A DNA stretch of 64,000 nt from Eledone cirrhosa (lineage: Eukaryota): assembly GCA_964016885.1 (NCBI GenBank), contig OZ024750.1, forward strand, positions 30,008,001 to 30,072,000, given 5' to 3'. Positions 25,064 to 38,160 of this stretch are shown one piece after another (positions within the stretch are counted from its first letter, which is position 1; each line of letters starts with the position of its first letter). A program made the translations under genes and the position numbers. A model generated the notes under the pieces. The model saw nothing but the letters and a program-made list of their open reading frames with translations, was not told the origin of the DNA and did no database searches.

Positions 25064-27452
25064 CTCTCGACCACCTCTCCACCGCCAATCCACCGCCTCT
25101 CCACTGCCAATCCACCGCCTCTCCACTGCCAATCCACCGCCTCTCCACTGCCAATCCACCGCCTCTCCACTGCCAATCCACCGCCTCTCCACTGCCAATC
25201 CACCGCCTCTCCACTGCCAATCCACCGCCTCTCCACTGCCAATCCACCGCCTCTCCACTGCCAATCCACCGCCTCTCCACCGCCAATCCACCGCCTCTCC
25301 ACCGCCAATCCACCGCCTCTCCACCGCCAATCCACCGCCTCTCCACCGCCAATCCACCGCCTCTCCACCGCCAATCCACCGCCTCTCCACCGCCAATCCA
25401 CCGCCTCTCCACCGCCAATCCACCGCCTCTCCACCGCCAATCCACCGCCTCTCCACTGCCAATCCACCGCCTCTCCACTGCCAATCCACCGCCTCTCCAC
25501 TGCCAATCCACCGCCTCTCCACTGCCAATCCACCGCCTCTCCACTGCCAATCCACCGCCTCTCCACTGCCAATCCACCGCCTCTCCACTGCCAATCCACC
25601 GCCTCTCCACTGCCAATCCACCGCCTCTCCACTGCCAATCCACCGCCTCTCCACTGCCAATCCACCGCCTCTCCACTGCCAATCCACCGCCTCTCCACTG
25701 CCAATCCACCGCCTCTCCACTGCCAATCCACCGCCTCTCCACTGCCAATCCACCGCCTCTCCACCGCCAATCCACCGCCTCTCCACCGCCAATCCACCGC
25801 CTCTCCACCGCCAATCCACCGCCTCTCCACTGCCAATCCACCGCCTCTCCACTGCCAATCCACCGCCTCTCCACTGCCAATCCACCGCCTCTCCACTGCC
25901 AATCCACCACCTCTCCACCGCCAATCCACCGCCTCTCCACCGCCAATCCACCGCCTCTCCACTGACTCTCTACTGATACTGCCAATCCACCACCTCTCCA
26001 CCGCCAATCCACCGCCTCTCCACCGCCAATCCACCACCTCTCCACCGCCAATCCACCGCCTCTCCACCGCCAATCCACCGCCAATCCACCGCCTCTCCAC
26101 CGCCAATCCACCACCTCTCCACCGCCAATCCACCGCCTCTCCACTGCCTCTCCACTGCCAATCCACCGCCTCTCCACCGCCAATCCACCGCCTCTCCACT
26201 GCCAATCCACCGCCTCTCCACTGCCAATCCACCGCCAATCCACCGCCAATCCACCGCCTCTCCACTGCCAATCCACCGCCTCTCCACTGCCAATCCACCG
26301 CCTCTCCACTGCCAATCCACCGCCTCTCCACTGCCAATCCACCGCCTCTCCACTGCCAATCCACCGCCTCTCCACTGCCAATCCACCGCCTCTCCACTGC
26401 CAATCCACCGCCTCTCCACTGCCAATCCACCGCCTCTCCACCGCCAATCCACCACCTCTCCACCGCCAATCCACCGCCTCTCCACTGCCAATCCACCGCC
26501 TCTCCACCGCCTCTCCACTGCCAATCCACCGCCTCTCCACCGCCAATCCACCGCCTCTCCACCGCCAATCCACCGCCTCTCCACTGCCAATCCACCGCCT
26601 CTCCACCGCCTCTCCACTGCCAATCCACCGCCTCTCCACCGCCAATCCACCACCTCTCCACCGCCAATCCACCGCCTCTCCACTGCCAATCCACCGCCTC
26701 TCCACCGCCTCTCCACCGCCAATCCACCGCCTCTCCACCGCCTCTCCACTGCCAATCCACCGCCTCTCCACTGCCAATCCACCGCCTCTCCACTGCCAAT
26801 CCACCGCCTCTCCACTGCCAATCCACCGCCTCTCCACCGCCAATCCACCGCCTCTCCACCGCCAATCCACCGCCTCTCCACCGCCAATCCACTGACCCTC
26901 TACTGATACTGCCAATCCACCGCCTCTCCACCGCCAATCCACCACCTCTCCACCGCCAATCCACCGCCTCTCCACCGCCTCTCCACCGCCTCTCCACCGA
27001 CCCTCTACCGATACTGCCTCTCCACCGCCAATCCACCACCTCTCCACCGCCAATCCACCGCCTCTCCACCGCCTCTCCACCGCCTCTCCACCGACCCTCT
27101 ACCGATACTGCCTCTCCACCGCCAATCCACCGCCTCTCCACCGCCAATCCACCGCCTCTCCACCGCCTCTCCACTGACCCTCTACTGATACTGCCAATCC
27201 ACCACCTCTCCACCGCCAATCCACCGCCTCTCCACCGCCAATCCACCACCTCTCCACCGCCAATCCACCGCCTCTCCACCGCCAATCCACCGCCTCTCCA
27301 CCGCCAATCCACCGCCTCTCCACCGCCAATCCACCGCCTCTCCACCGCCAATCCACCACCTCTCCACCGCCAATCCACCGACCCTCTACCGCCAATCCAC
27401 CACCTCTCCACCGCCAATCCACCGACCCTCTACCGATACTGCCAATCTACCG
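25049..27452. repeat. 22-bp minisatellite (about 100 units, with variants) derived from the SINE 5' head
   Basis: gccaatccaccgcctctccac(t/c), interspersed with ccgaccctctaccgatactgcc pieces of the SINE head. Confidence 0.95.
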
Positions 27453-27481
27453 ATAACATATAATGTGACACACACACACAC

Positions 27482-28446
27482 ATATAATGTGGAGAAGTTA
27501 TATATGTAAGAAAGCTAAACAATACAAAATGGAAGGTAAGATGAAGGTAACAAAAAAGTTAGTCACCTGGTAATCATTTTTTTTGTTTGTTTGTTTGTTT
27601 CTTAAAATTCCCTTTGTCAGAGTATAAGGAACTCTGAGAATTTTAAGGAAATTTTAAGTCCCGAAATATTAGGACGAAAGAAACTAAAAGAAAAAGATAT
27701 TACCAGGTAACTAACTTTTTTCATTGCCTTCATCTTACCTTCCATTTTGCATTATTTAGCCTTCTTAGTTCGGTAGATTGGCAGTATCGGTAGAGTGTCG
27801 GACACCATGCTTTTCAGCATAGTTACGACCCTTTACACTCTGAGTTCAAATCCCGCCGAAGTTAACTTTGCCTTTCATCCTTACGGGGCCAATAAAATGA
27901 AGTAGCAGTAATGCACTGGGGTTGATTTAATCGACTTTTCCTTCTCCCAAATTACTGGATTTGTGCCTAGAATAGGTCGGTAGAGGGTCGGATGCCATGC
28001 TTTCCAGCATAGTTACGTCCCTTTACGATCTGAGTTCAAATCCCACCGAGGTTGACTTTGCCTTTCATCCTTACGGGGTCGATAAAATAAAGTACCAGTA
28101 ATGTACTGGGTAATTGTAGAAACAATTATTTTTAATAATTATTTTTAATTATTTTTAATAATTGTAGAAACAATTATTTTTACATATTGGCAGTTGATTG
28201 GCAGTATCGGTAGAGCATCAGACACCATGCTTTGCAGCATAGAGTTATGGCTCTTTACGTTCTGAGTTCAAATCCAGCCGAGGTTAACTTTGCCTTTCAT
28301 CTCTATGGAGTCGATAAAATAAAGTACCAGTAATGAACTGAGGTTGATTTAATCGACTTTTCTCTCTCCCAAAATTACTGGCCTTGTGCTTATAGTAGAA
28401 ATCATTATTTAGCCTTCTTACATATATCACTTTCCACATTATATAT
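27482..28446. mobile_element. Small fold-back element whose right arm is interrupted by three SINE copies
   Basis: 27482-27580 is inverted to 27690-27767 plus 28421-28446; the SINE block is bounded by the direct repeat attatttagccttctta (27751-27767, 28404-28420). Confidence 0.75.
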
Positions 28447-28545
28447 TATATACAATGCTTCAAGAAAACTACATTTTATTAACAACATTGGAAAATACCA
28501 ACTAAGATTTTATTTTCCCTATTATGATTTTTGTTCTTTTTCTAG

Positions 28546-28748
28546 ATACTTCTAGGGCCCCTCGTGATGGGGAAAAACATGGCCAAGGATATTTTTTCAT
28601 GGAACGTGAAGAAATGGAAGATGAAATAAGAAATGAGAAATTTTTGGAACATGGTGAATACAATGGAAATTTGTATGGTACCAAGATTGATACCATATCA
28701 GATGTTATAAGTACCTCAAAGATGTGTGTGTTGGATGTTAACCCAACT
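28546..28748 (+). CDS. MPP6: MAGUK p55 exon, GuK core
   Basis: ctag|AT...ACT|gtaag; (H)TSRAPRDGEKHGQGYFF...FLEHGEYNGNLYGTKIDTI...CVLDVNPT. Confidence 0.95.
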
Positions 28749-28779
28749 GTAAGTGACTTTCTTAAAGAGAATGTAATAT

Positions 28780-29215
28780 ATAATAATAATAATGAAATTG
28801 TGTAAAGTGCTCAGGTGCACTACAAGTCGTCAAAGGTGAATGTATAGTACATAGAATAATATACAAATGTCAGGGAAGTGTATAGTGTATGAGTTATGAT
28901 ATACATGTGTGTATGTGTATGTGTATGGAGGGGGAACATTAGGTGTAGTGTTGGCAAATCTCGGGAAGCATGGAGGTTTTAAAGGATGCAGTGTCTCCAC
29001 AGTTAACAACTGATGCAGGTAGTTTGTTCCATGCTTCAGCAACTCTGAGCCTTAAAAAAGGTTTCCGAAAGTCATGGGAACTGTGCTGTTTTCTGACTTT
29101 GTAGGCATGCCCACGTGTGTTAGACACATGGAAATCAAAAAGGTACTTAGGGTTGTTGTTGGCAAGATGGTTAATAATTTTGTGGGTGTTTACGAAGTCA
29201 GTTGCCAGGCGTCGG
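28780..29215 (-). mobile_element. CR1-like LINE 3' end
   Basis: LRRLATD..THKII...SNTRGHAYKVRKQHSSHDFRKPF..RVAEAWNKLPASVV is typical of a CR1 ORF2 C-terminus; (ATT)n tail. Confidence 0.85.
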
Positions 29216-29866
29216 AGCTCTATTCTGGCATGGTTTCTCTGACTGGATGTCCTTCCTAACACTAATCACATCCTAGCATGTACCAGGTGTAGTTTTATCA
29301 TAGTACCACCACAACCACCTAAAAGGCTGGACTGGCTGTTTTTTATCATAGCACTGTCACTACCACTTTACAGAGGGGGCTGGGTGCATTTTATTGTGGT
29401 ACCAGCACTACCTCTTTACAGAGTGGGCTGGGTAAATTTTATTGTAGTACCAACACTAACAATTTACAAAGTGGGCTGGGGGCATTTTATTGTAGTACCA
29501 GCACTACTAATTTACAAAGTAGGCTGGGGGCATTTTATTGTGGTATCAGTATTACCATTTTATGGAGTGAAGAGTCCTCTTAGACCTTGTATGTATGTGT
29601 ATATATATATATATATATCTTTCTCATTTCCCCTCACTCACTTTCTATCCTTCTCTGGAAGAAATTTGCTGTACTCAAGCCTGGAGAGGGCTGAGCTCTG
29701 CCAAGCTTAAAATGCCCAAGAAATACTGAATGTCAATATGGCACCCAAACAACTCCATCAGGACTTACGGAACCATACCCTACCATATCTATTATTTATC
29801 AAATCCCACTTTATTTAGTTTTGACATCATAATAATGGTTTCTGTTGCTTCACTTCTATTCTTCAG

Positions 29867-29983
29867 TCATTGAAGACTCTGAAAACTGCAGCTTTCCTGC
29901 CCTTCATTGTGTTTATAGCTGCCCCGAGTGCTGATGTGTTGAGGGAGATGCACGAGATTGGCAAACAAGCTAGAGGATACAGG
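29867..29983 (+). CDS. MPP6: MAGUK p55 exon, GuK
   Basis: cag|TCA...AGG|gtaag; SLKTLKTAAFLPFIVFIAAPSADVLREMHEIGKQARGYR. Confidence 0.92.
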
Positions 29984-30322
29984 GTAAGTGGTCAATTGTA
30001 AAACTGATTTTCAATAATGTGAGTGAAATTTGGTAGATGGAGACTGTGCAGAAGCCCTACACACACACACACACACACTCACACAGACACACTCACACAC
30101 ACTCATACACACATACACTAGTGGTTAAAATGTTGAACTTCCATTCCAAGCATCATGGGTTCACTTCCTAGACTGGGCTGTGTGTTGTGTTCTTGAGCAA
30201 AACACTTCATTTCATGTTCCAGTTGCTGAAAATAACTACCTGCAATAGCTGTGTGTTTAACTCTGTGATTAATAAAATAAACTGCCTGTGGTATTCAAAT
30301 AATTCATTATTTAGCTAGTGTT

Positions 30323-30502
30323 GGATTGGCAGTATCGGTAGAGAGTCGGACACCATGCTTTGAAGCATAGAGTTATGTCCCTTTATGATCTGAGTTCAAA
30401 TCCCGCCGAGGTTAACTTTGCCTTTCATCCTTACGGGGTCGATAAAATAAAGTACCAGTAATGTACTGGGTGATTGCTGGCTTTGTGCCTAAAGTAGAAA
30501 CG
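30323..30502 (+). mobile_element. tRNA-derived SINE with 17-bp TSD
   Basis: attatttagctagtgtt at 30306-30322 and 30503-30519; A-box TGGCAGTATCGG, B-box GTTCAAATCC. Confidence 0.9.
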
Positions 30503-30534
30503 ATTATTTAGCTAGTGTTCGGAACATAACTTAG

Positions 30535-30741
30535 CCCTTTAGCATTTACATTACTCTATATATACTATTGTATTTTTCTGGTAAAGGTTTTATCTTACAT
30601 AATTATCTCACACAATATCGATTCTATGAGATTTTGATGTTATTTACCTTAACATCAGTATCAGTGACTGGTTACAGCCAGTTTGAACAGAAGGAGGTGA
30701 GAGAATTCTGACCGGTTATGGCCGGTTTAAAGGCTAAAGGC
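30535..30741. mobile_element. piggyBac-type MITE (diverged)
   Basis: Same family as 4731-4947. Confidence 0.75.
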
Positions 30742-30764
30742 TTAACCCTAGGTTAATTTTCAAA

Positions 30765-31178
30765 CTCTTACCTATGGTCATGAATCTTGGGTAATGACTG
30801 AAAGAATACAATCGCGAATACAAGCGGCCGAAATGAGGTTCCTCCAAAGGGTCTTTGGAGGAACGTTACTCGATAGAGATCAGAAAGTCACTCCAGGTAG
30901 AGCTGCTACTTCTCCGAATTGAGAGATCACAGCTCCGATACTTTGGGCATATGGTTAGAATGTCTCGGGAAAGAATTGCTGGACAGATTTTATGGGCAAA
31001 ACCAACTGGCAGGAGACCAGGGGTAGACTCCGAGCAGGATGGTTGGATAACATCCATGGGCTTGGCTGATCTCACTTGGGTATCCAGCTGGATCAGTTGG
31101 TTCTGGTAGAACCCACTAGAAGGAATGTTTGAGGACTCTGCCCTCACGACCTCTCAGGAATAAGTAGGCGAGGAAGAA
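30765..31178 (+). mobile_element. RTE-clade LINE 3' fragment
   Basis: TYGHESWVMT..RIQAAEMRFL, then LRIERSQLRYFGHMVRM...KPTGRRP, with frameshifts. Confidence 0.85.
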
Positions 31179-31333
31179 CGTGGTATCTATTCAATGTTTC
31201 CAAAAATAGATCATTGTCTGTGATAGTATCATAGTAATTGCCAGAAAATTTCTGTATTTTGAAAAGAGAAAAAACAAATTAGTTTAAAAGATCAAATTAA
31301 AATATTCTTACCATATGTTATTTTATTTGACAG

Positions 31334-31357
31334 GGAAGAGCTTTGGAATTAAAAACA
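31334..31357 (+). CDS. MPP6: Putative 24-nt microexon of the MAGUK gene (GRALELKT)
   Basis: ttttatttgacag|GGAAGAGCTTTGGAATTAAAAACA|gtaagt; phase 0/0; supplies the residues preceding EED in MPP GuK domains. Confidence 0.7.
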
Positions 31358-31538
31358 GTAAGTTTGATGTTGTTTTTATATTTTCCTCTATTTAAATATG
31401 TAAATTTTCATTTATACCTTTTGTGACTTTATTTCTAATGAAATTCATTCAATTTCAATTAATTAATGAAGAATTTTGAGTGATTCATTAAAAATATTAA
31501 TAATTTCAACAATTACAAAAGGTTTAATAATTACAATA

Positions 31539-31693
31539 ATTACAAAAGGTTTCTGGATATATTATTGTCTGGGACCCAGAAACCTTTGGTAATGGAGTAG
31601 TTATATTTTGTGTTGTTCACTTTCTAATTAAATAGCTCTGTTCTATACATAGAGCACTCTTTTTTCCTTTGCTAATCCTTAGGAATTACCTAA
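31539..31693 (+). mobile_element. Minimal fold-back remnant related to the 53-56.6 kb palindrome family
   Basis: ttacaaaaggtttctgg / ccagaaacctttggtaa inverted pair; tail tacatagagcactcttttttcc...ggaattac shared with 56546-56589; followed by (CA)n. Confidence 0.65.
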
Positions 31694-31714
31694 CACACAC
31701 ACACACACACACAC

Positions 31715-32055
31715 ATCATCATCATCATCATTTTACATCCGCTTTTCTCTGCTTGCAAGGGTGGGATGGGTCCTATTCAGCACAGCATCTCTCCACTTGT
31801 CACGGTCCTTCGTCATCTCCTCGGTGAGTTTCAGCGATCTGAGGTCTGCTCTCACCACCTCCACCCATGTTTTACATGGTCTACCTCTACTGTGTCTTCC
31901 TTCTACTGGGACAGGTCCTCTTAAGCACAGCATCTCTCCACTTGCCACGGTCCTTCGTCATCTCCTCGGTGAGTTTCAGCAATCTGAGGTCTGCTCTCAC
32001 TACCTCCGCCCATGTTTTACATGGTCTACCACTTCTGCGTCTTCCTTCTACTGTC
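31715..32055 (-). mobile_element. RTE-like LINE 3' end with an internal tandem duplication
   Basis: VEGRHSRGRPCKTWVEVVRADLRSLKLTEEMTKDRDKWRDAV; (GAT)n tail; ~147-bp segment duplicated. Confidence 0.8.
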
Positions 32056-32131
32056 TAAATTTTTGGTGTCTTATATATATATATATAATACAGTCTGCTA
32101 ACTTTTTGTTGTTTTCTTGTTTAACTCACAG

Positions 32132-32308
32132 GAGGAAGATTTTCTGCAAATGGTTGATGAAAGTGTGCAGATAGAACAAGTCTATAAGAGTTATTTCGAC
32201 CAGATTATCATTAATGATGACTTCAATCAATCATACCAGTCATTACGTGAGGCTATTGATGAACTGAGCAACGAGACACAGTGGGTTCCTTCTAATTGGA
32301 TTTACTAA
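32132..32308 (+). CDS. MPP6: MAGUK p55 terminal coding exon
   Basis: cag|GAG...TAA; EEDFLQMVDESVQIEQVYKSYFDQIIINDDF...QWVPSNWIY*, resembling the MPP2/6 WVPxxWxY C-terminus. Confidence 0.95.
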   Translation, partial: EEDFLQMVDESVQIEQVYKSYFDQIIINDDFNQSYQSLREAIDELSNETQWVPSNWIY

Positions 32309-32416
32309 CGAAACAACTGAGACCTCAATTCACCAATTTCATTATTGGACTCTGAAACAACTTTAACATATTTTATAAAACATTTCCTAACAAGAGTTCA
32401 ATATTCTACCTTAAAA

Positions 32417-32856
32417 TCACACATACATACACATACACATGCACATACACACATACACATATACACACACACACATACATATACATGCACACATACACAT
32501 ATATACACACATACATACACATGCACACATACACACACATGCACACATACACACACACACATACACATGCACACATACACACACATATACATACACACAT
32601 GCACACAGATATATACATACACACACACACATACACGGATATAGACATACACACACACACATACACGGATATAGACACACAGATATACACAGATGCGCAC
32701 ACATACACATAAGCTCATATGCACACAGATACATACTTAGACAGATATACACACACATTCATGCATGCACACACACAGGAATACACACACACACACACAC
32801 AAATATGCGCACATGTACACATAGATATATGCACACACACACACACACACACACAT
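32417..32856. repeat. (CA/TA)n microsatellite just downstream of the stop codon, probably in the 3' UTR
   Basis: Direct reading; a second tract lies at 33670-33900. Confidence 0.9.
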
Positions 32857-33728
32857 GTTGCATAATTTCTGTTGTATCAAAAATGTTATTAAATGTAAAT
32901 TTTTGAAAATACCTGCAAAAAAAATAAAATAAATTTAATAATAGTATTAGGGGTGGATTGGCAGAATCGGTAGAGCATCGGAGACCATGGCTCGCGGCAT
33001 AGTTACGTCCCTTTACGTTCTGAGTTCAAATTCTGCTGAGGTTAGCTTTGTCTTTCATCCTTACAGGATCAATAAAATAAAGTACCAGTAATGCACTGGG
33101 GTTGATTTAATTGATTTTCTCCTCCCTCAAAATTGCTGGCCTTGTGCCTGAAAAAAAAATATATATATAATAGGATTGAAATATGGATGGAACACTTACA
33201 AAAGACATCATTCCTTGGAACAGCTGGAATATTCCGGAGGGTACTTGAAAAATAAGGGGTGTTACCTCAGTTCACTGGTAGTGAACTGAGGTAAGAATGT
33301 AATATCTCCAGTGTTAGAAACCGAACAAAGAAACTGTAATAATAATTTTCTAATTTTGGCACAAGGCCAGCAATTACTCCAGTGTATTACTGGTACTTTA
33401 TTTTATCAACCTCCATAAGAATGAAAGGCAAAGTTAACCGCAGAGATTTGATCTCAGAACCTAATGGGCCGTAAGTCTATGCTACAAAGCATGGCGTCTC
33501 ACCCTCGAACCTAATGGGCCGTAACTCTATGCATGGCGTCTCACCCTCTACTGATGTTGCCAATCCACCACCAGGATTGTAATAATAATACAACTATTAA
33601 ATATAAATAATTCATTGTGGGTCAAAGATGAGCAGATGAAATGCAACATGAATTTAGCAACAACCTAACACATATAGATGTATATATGTGTGTGTGTATA
33701 TATATATATATATATGTATATACATACA

Positions 33729-33778
<50 letters not shown>

Positions 33779-33820
33779 CACATATACATACACATACAAG
33801 TGTGTGTGTGTGTATGTATG

Positions 33821-33881
<61 letters not shown>

Positions 33882-36800
33882 ATATGTAACTGTGTGTGTC
33901 TGCAAAAATGTGTTTTCATGAAAAAAACTTTTGAGAGGTCATTCTAAAATCTTGTGACAATTTAAGTCCACACAATGGCCAACAAAATATAGCCATCAAG
34001 TCCGAGCCATGATAGGAAAACTTTTGCTCTTGAGCAAGTTTTTTTTTATTTTTATAAATTAACTTTAATAACCAATTCCCTTTTTTTTTTATTTTTCATA
34101 ATTTAAAAGAAATATTTCTAAAATGAAAAAGAATTTAAATAATACAGAGCAAAGGTATTTTTAAAGTTTGTATTTTCAATGATAATTCTATTATTAGTAA
34201 AAAATATGGTGATAATTTCTAAAACTTCATACATGTTAAATAAACATAGAATACATTTTTCTCTAATGTAGACAAGTTAGACATAAAATTCTAGTATGTA
34301 ATTCTGATTGTCTACTTTCAATGGTATTTAACCAAGTGTCGTGGTTTTGAAACTACGCTGTTGGAAATTATTTTTTTTTAATTTGAAAAAGCATTAAAAC
34401 TCTTAACATCTTTTTCCACACGAATCTTTATTACTCTAATATAATATAAGGGAGAAAACTCATCATTCTGTTCCTAGGTTTCCTCAACCTGCAAACAATT
34501 TGACATTGTACTTCCTCCAAAAACATTGACATACATACATACATTCATTTTTATAAAAGGTTCTTAAATATAAGTGGGTTTTGAATAACACATGGGCTAG
34601 AGAACTAACGAACTGTGTAAGATGCATGCTCACTGTTCATTTTAAATGTCCAGTTATTTTTTAAATAAGCTAATTTTTCAAACCAACTTTGGCAAATATA
34701 CTGAAGTCAGCTTCACTGAGGAGGTATAAGACCAAAAACACATGTCCAGAGTTGTCTCCCATTTTTCTCAAAATGATTAAAATAGTGTCATTGAGCTGTC
34801 TTTACTTCACTTCATAATTATTTCTAATTAAATTTTTGATGCTCACTGCTTTAAATATATTGGCACTAATTATTTAATTATAATATTAAGGGAGGTTGAT
34901 TAGCAGAATCGTTACAATATCTCACAAACACTTAGCGGTATTTATCCTGGACTCCTGCCAAATTCAACTTTGCTTTTCATCCTTTTAGGGTAAAAAAAGT
35001 TAAAGTACCAGTCACGTACTAGGGTCAATTTAATTGACTTTTCCCTCCCAACAAACTGTTGGCTATGTGCCTTAATTAGAAATCATTAATTACTACATTA
35101 TGTTAACATTAATTAATTGTTGGTATTAATATAAAAGGTGTTAAAAACTAATTAGCCTCAGTGATTTACAAAAGACAAATCATACTCATGTTCATTAATT
35201 TTCTTTTCTAATTTATCAATTATTGAAGACCTCCTAATTTTGAATCTATTTCTAAAGTTTATTTGTAAATATATCCCCCACCCCCCCGAATAAATTACGT
35301 TGAGAAAATTTATTTTAAAATTCTTCTTAAGCAAAGGCTCAACAACAGTAGGCCCTCAAACCATTTGAATTATTTTTTTTTGTATGTAAGATATGATTTA
35401 ACACACGAAGGCATACAGCCTAGTGGTTAGTGTTTTGGCCCATGATTGTGTCCTTGAGCAAGATCCTTTATTGCATATTGCTCCAGTTCAGTCAGCTGGA
35501 AAAATGAATTCTGGCAGCAGCTGGGAGATAACCTTGTGATGGACTGCTGTCCTGTACAGGGGTAGTTTTGTACTCTCAGTTGCTTAGCGCCAATGAATCT
35601 GGGATAAGCTCTAGTTTGATGTGCCTTTGGGCTTAAGACAGTTTTACCTTTTTTTTATGTTATAATAGAAATATGGACATATGGACATGGGCAAAAGTAA
35701 AACTCAATCAGAAGTGGACCATTACAAATCTCAGTTGCTGATCCATCGAAATAGATCATTACAAAACTAAGTGGTTGGTCCATCAAAAGTGGATCTCTAC
35801 TAAACTAAGTGGTTGATCCATGTTTTAAACTACCATCACATACAGCCAAATAGAATTCTCTAAATAAGTGATGAATATATAGAGAATTTAAACAATTTTT
35901 GTAGGTTTTTTAATGAGGTTACAAGGCCTTGGTCTTACGATTATAATGTTGTAACTTTCGATTCCTGGACTGGGTTGTGTTTTGTGTTCTTGAGCAAAAC
36001 ATTTCATTTACTGTTGTTCCAGTATATTCAGCCGAAAATGAGTACCAGCAAAAGCTGGGGGTTTAACCCTGCAATAATCTGGTGTCCTGTCTAGGTGCAA
36101 ATGAATCTTGTACTTTGTTACTTAATGCCATGGAAATTGGGGTAAGCACTGACTTAATGAGGCTTCGAGCTTGAGTCAAACTTCAGACTTATTTTACATT
36201 TAGTGGATATTTTAAATGTTTGAAATTACTTTTCCACGATATAATTTATTTAGTTGTTTCACAAATTGCCAAATATGATTTTAAGTTTTTATAGATTGGT
36301 AGAATTATTAGCACATCAGAATAATGGTTTGTAGCATTTTCCCATATTAAGGGCTGTGCAGAGAATGGTGAAATGTCTTTTAATTTTTCTTAATAAATCG
36401 AAATAAAAACATCTCCATTTCATTGTTCTGTAGAGAGCTCAATGGAAATAAGATGTGAAAAACCCTATTTCCCAGCACAAACAGAAAACAATATTAATTA
36501 TATAATTGTTTCTACTTTTGACACAAGGCCAGCAATTATCCCAGTGTATTACTGGTACTTTATTTTATCGACCCTGTAAGGATGAAAGGCAAAGTTAACC
36601 TCGGCGGGATTTGAACTCAGACCATAAAGGGACATAACTCTTTTTTGCTGCAAAGCATGGTGTCCGACCCTCTACCGATACTGCCAATCCACCATATAAT
36701 AAAATACTATAAGGTTCAAAAGCAATCAGAATATAAAAATATTACTTAAATTACATGTAATACCTAAATATCATCATCATCACTGTTTTATGTCCACTCT

Positions 36801-36924
36801 TCCATGTTAGCATGGGTTAGACGGGTTGTCCTGTTGTGGGCAATGCCAGGTCAGGTGACCATGTCTTTCTCATACAGAACTGATTTTGGCTTGATTTCTA
36901 CAGCTGGATGCCCTTCCTAACACC

Positions 36925-37280
36925 AACCTCATTTACAGTGAGTACTGGGTGATTTTTTTTGTCATGACACCTACACAACCACTTTACAGTGTGGATTGGG
37001 TGATTTTTGTCGTGACACCTACACAACCACTTTACAGTATGGACTGGGTGATTTTTGTCGTGACGCCTACACAATCACTTTACAGTATGGACTGGGTGAT
37101 TTTTGTCGTGACACCTACACAACCACTTTACAGTATGAACTGGGTGATTTTTGTCGTGACACCTACACAACCACTTTACAGTATGGACTGAGCGATTTTT
37201 GTTGTGACACCTACACAACCACTTTACAGTGTGGATTGGGTGATTTTTGTTGTGACACCTACACGACCACTTTACAGTGG
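36925..37280. repeat. 48-bp minisatellite, about 7 copies
   Basis: gtgatttttgtcgtgacacctacacaaccactttacagtatggactgg. Confidence 0.92.
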
Positions 37281-38024
37281 GAGGGGAGTGGGGCCATACT
37301 GTCTGTATGCTCCAGCTTCGGCATGTACCCGTGGGAAGTCGGGTCTTCTGTATTACTGAGTAACACCAGAGGTCTCACTCCTGTGTCATTGCCTTTGAGA
37401 GGTTTAATTAGGCAAGATCAGCTTTTATCACCTTGTCTTGGGTCTCCCCACTCCAAGGCTTCCATCGACTTTTAGTGCTCTACAACTTTTTATGCAACAG
37501 TCATCCTTCATATGCATATATATATGTGTGAGTGGGTGTATAAAAATGATTATTATATATACCATCATGATCACCGTTTAATGTCAATTTTCCATTCTAG
37601 CATGGGTTAGAAAAGTTGCCCCATTGTGAGACAAGCCAGGTCTTATGATCATGACTTGCTCATACAAGACTGGTTTTGGCTTGGTTTCTACAGCTGCATG
37701 TAATTTCTATCACCTAACACCAACTACATTTACAGTGTGTGCTGGGCATTTTTTGTCATGTCACCTACACAACCACTATATCATCATTTTGACACTGTTT
37801 TTCATGCTGGCATGACTTAGATGGGACTTTTGGAGGCAATGTTTTACAACCTGATGCCTTTCCTGACACTAAACCATGGGGATATGGTGTACCTATTCTA
37901 AACCAGATACAAACACACACACATGCACACATAATTTTGGCTTTGATCTGAGACTGTTTTAAAACAATTGCAGCATGGAAGTGCCATGTTAAATAACAAA
38001 CAAAATGTCAACTTAATATTTATA

Positions 38025-38160
38025 ATTTATTTCTTGGAGTCAAACTTTCAAATGCACTGAAGTGGAACCTGGCCATTGACACAGTTTCAACTACAGTGGA
38101 ATTGTGTTAATGGCCAGGTTACAGAGAGTGCTATGAAAAGTCTGACACCAAGATAAAAAT
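38025..38160. mobile_element. Hairpin/MITE-like imperfect palindrome
   Basis: tcttggagtcaaactttca..gcact..aacctggccattgacacagtt pairs with aattgtgttaatggccaggtt..agtgc..tgaaaagtctgacaccaaga. Confidence 0.65.

Noticed and set aside
24922-27463. 800-aa Pro/His-rich and Trp/Gly/Arg-rich ORFs
   Set aside because: Products of a 22-bp repeat open in several frames on both strands.
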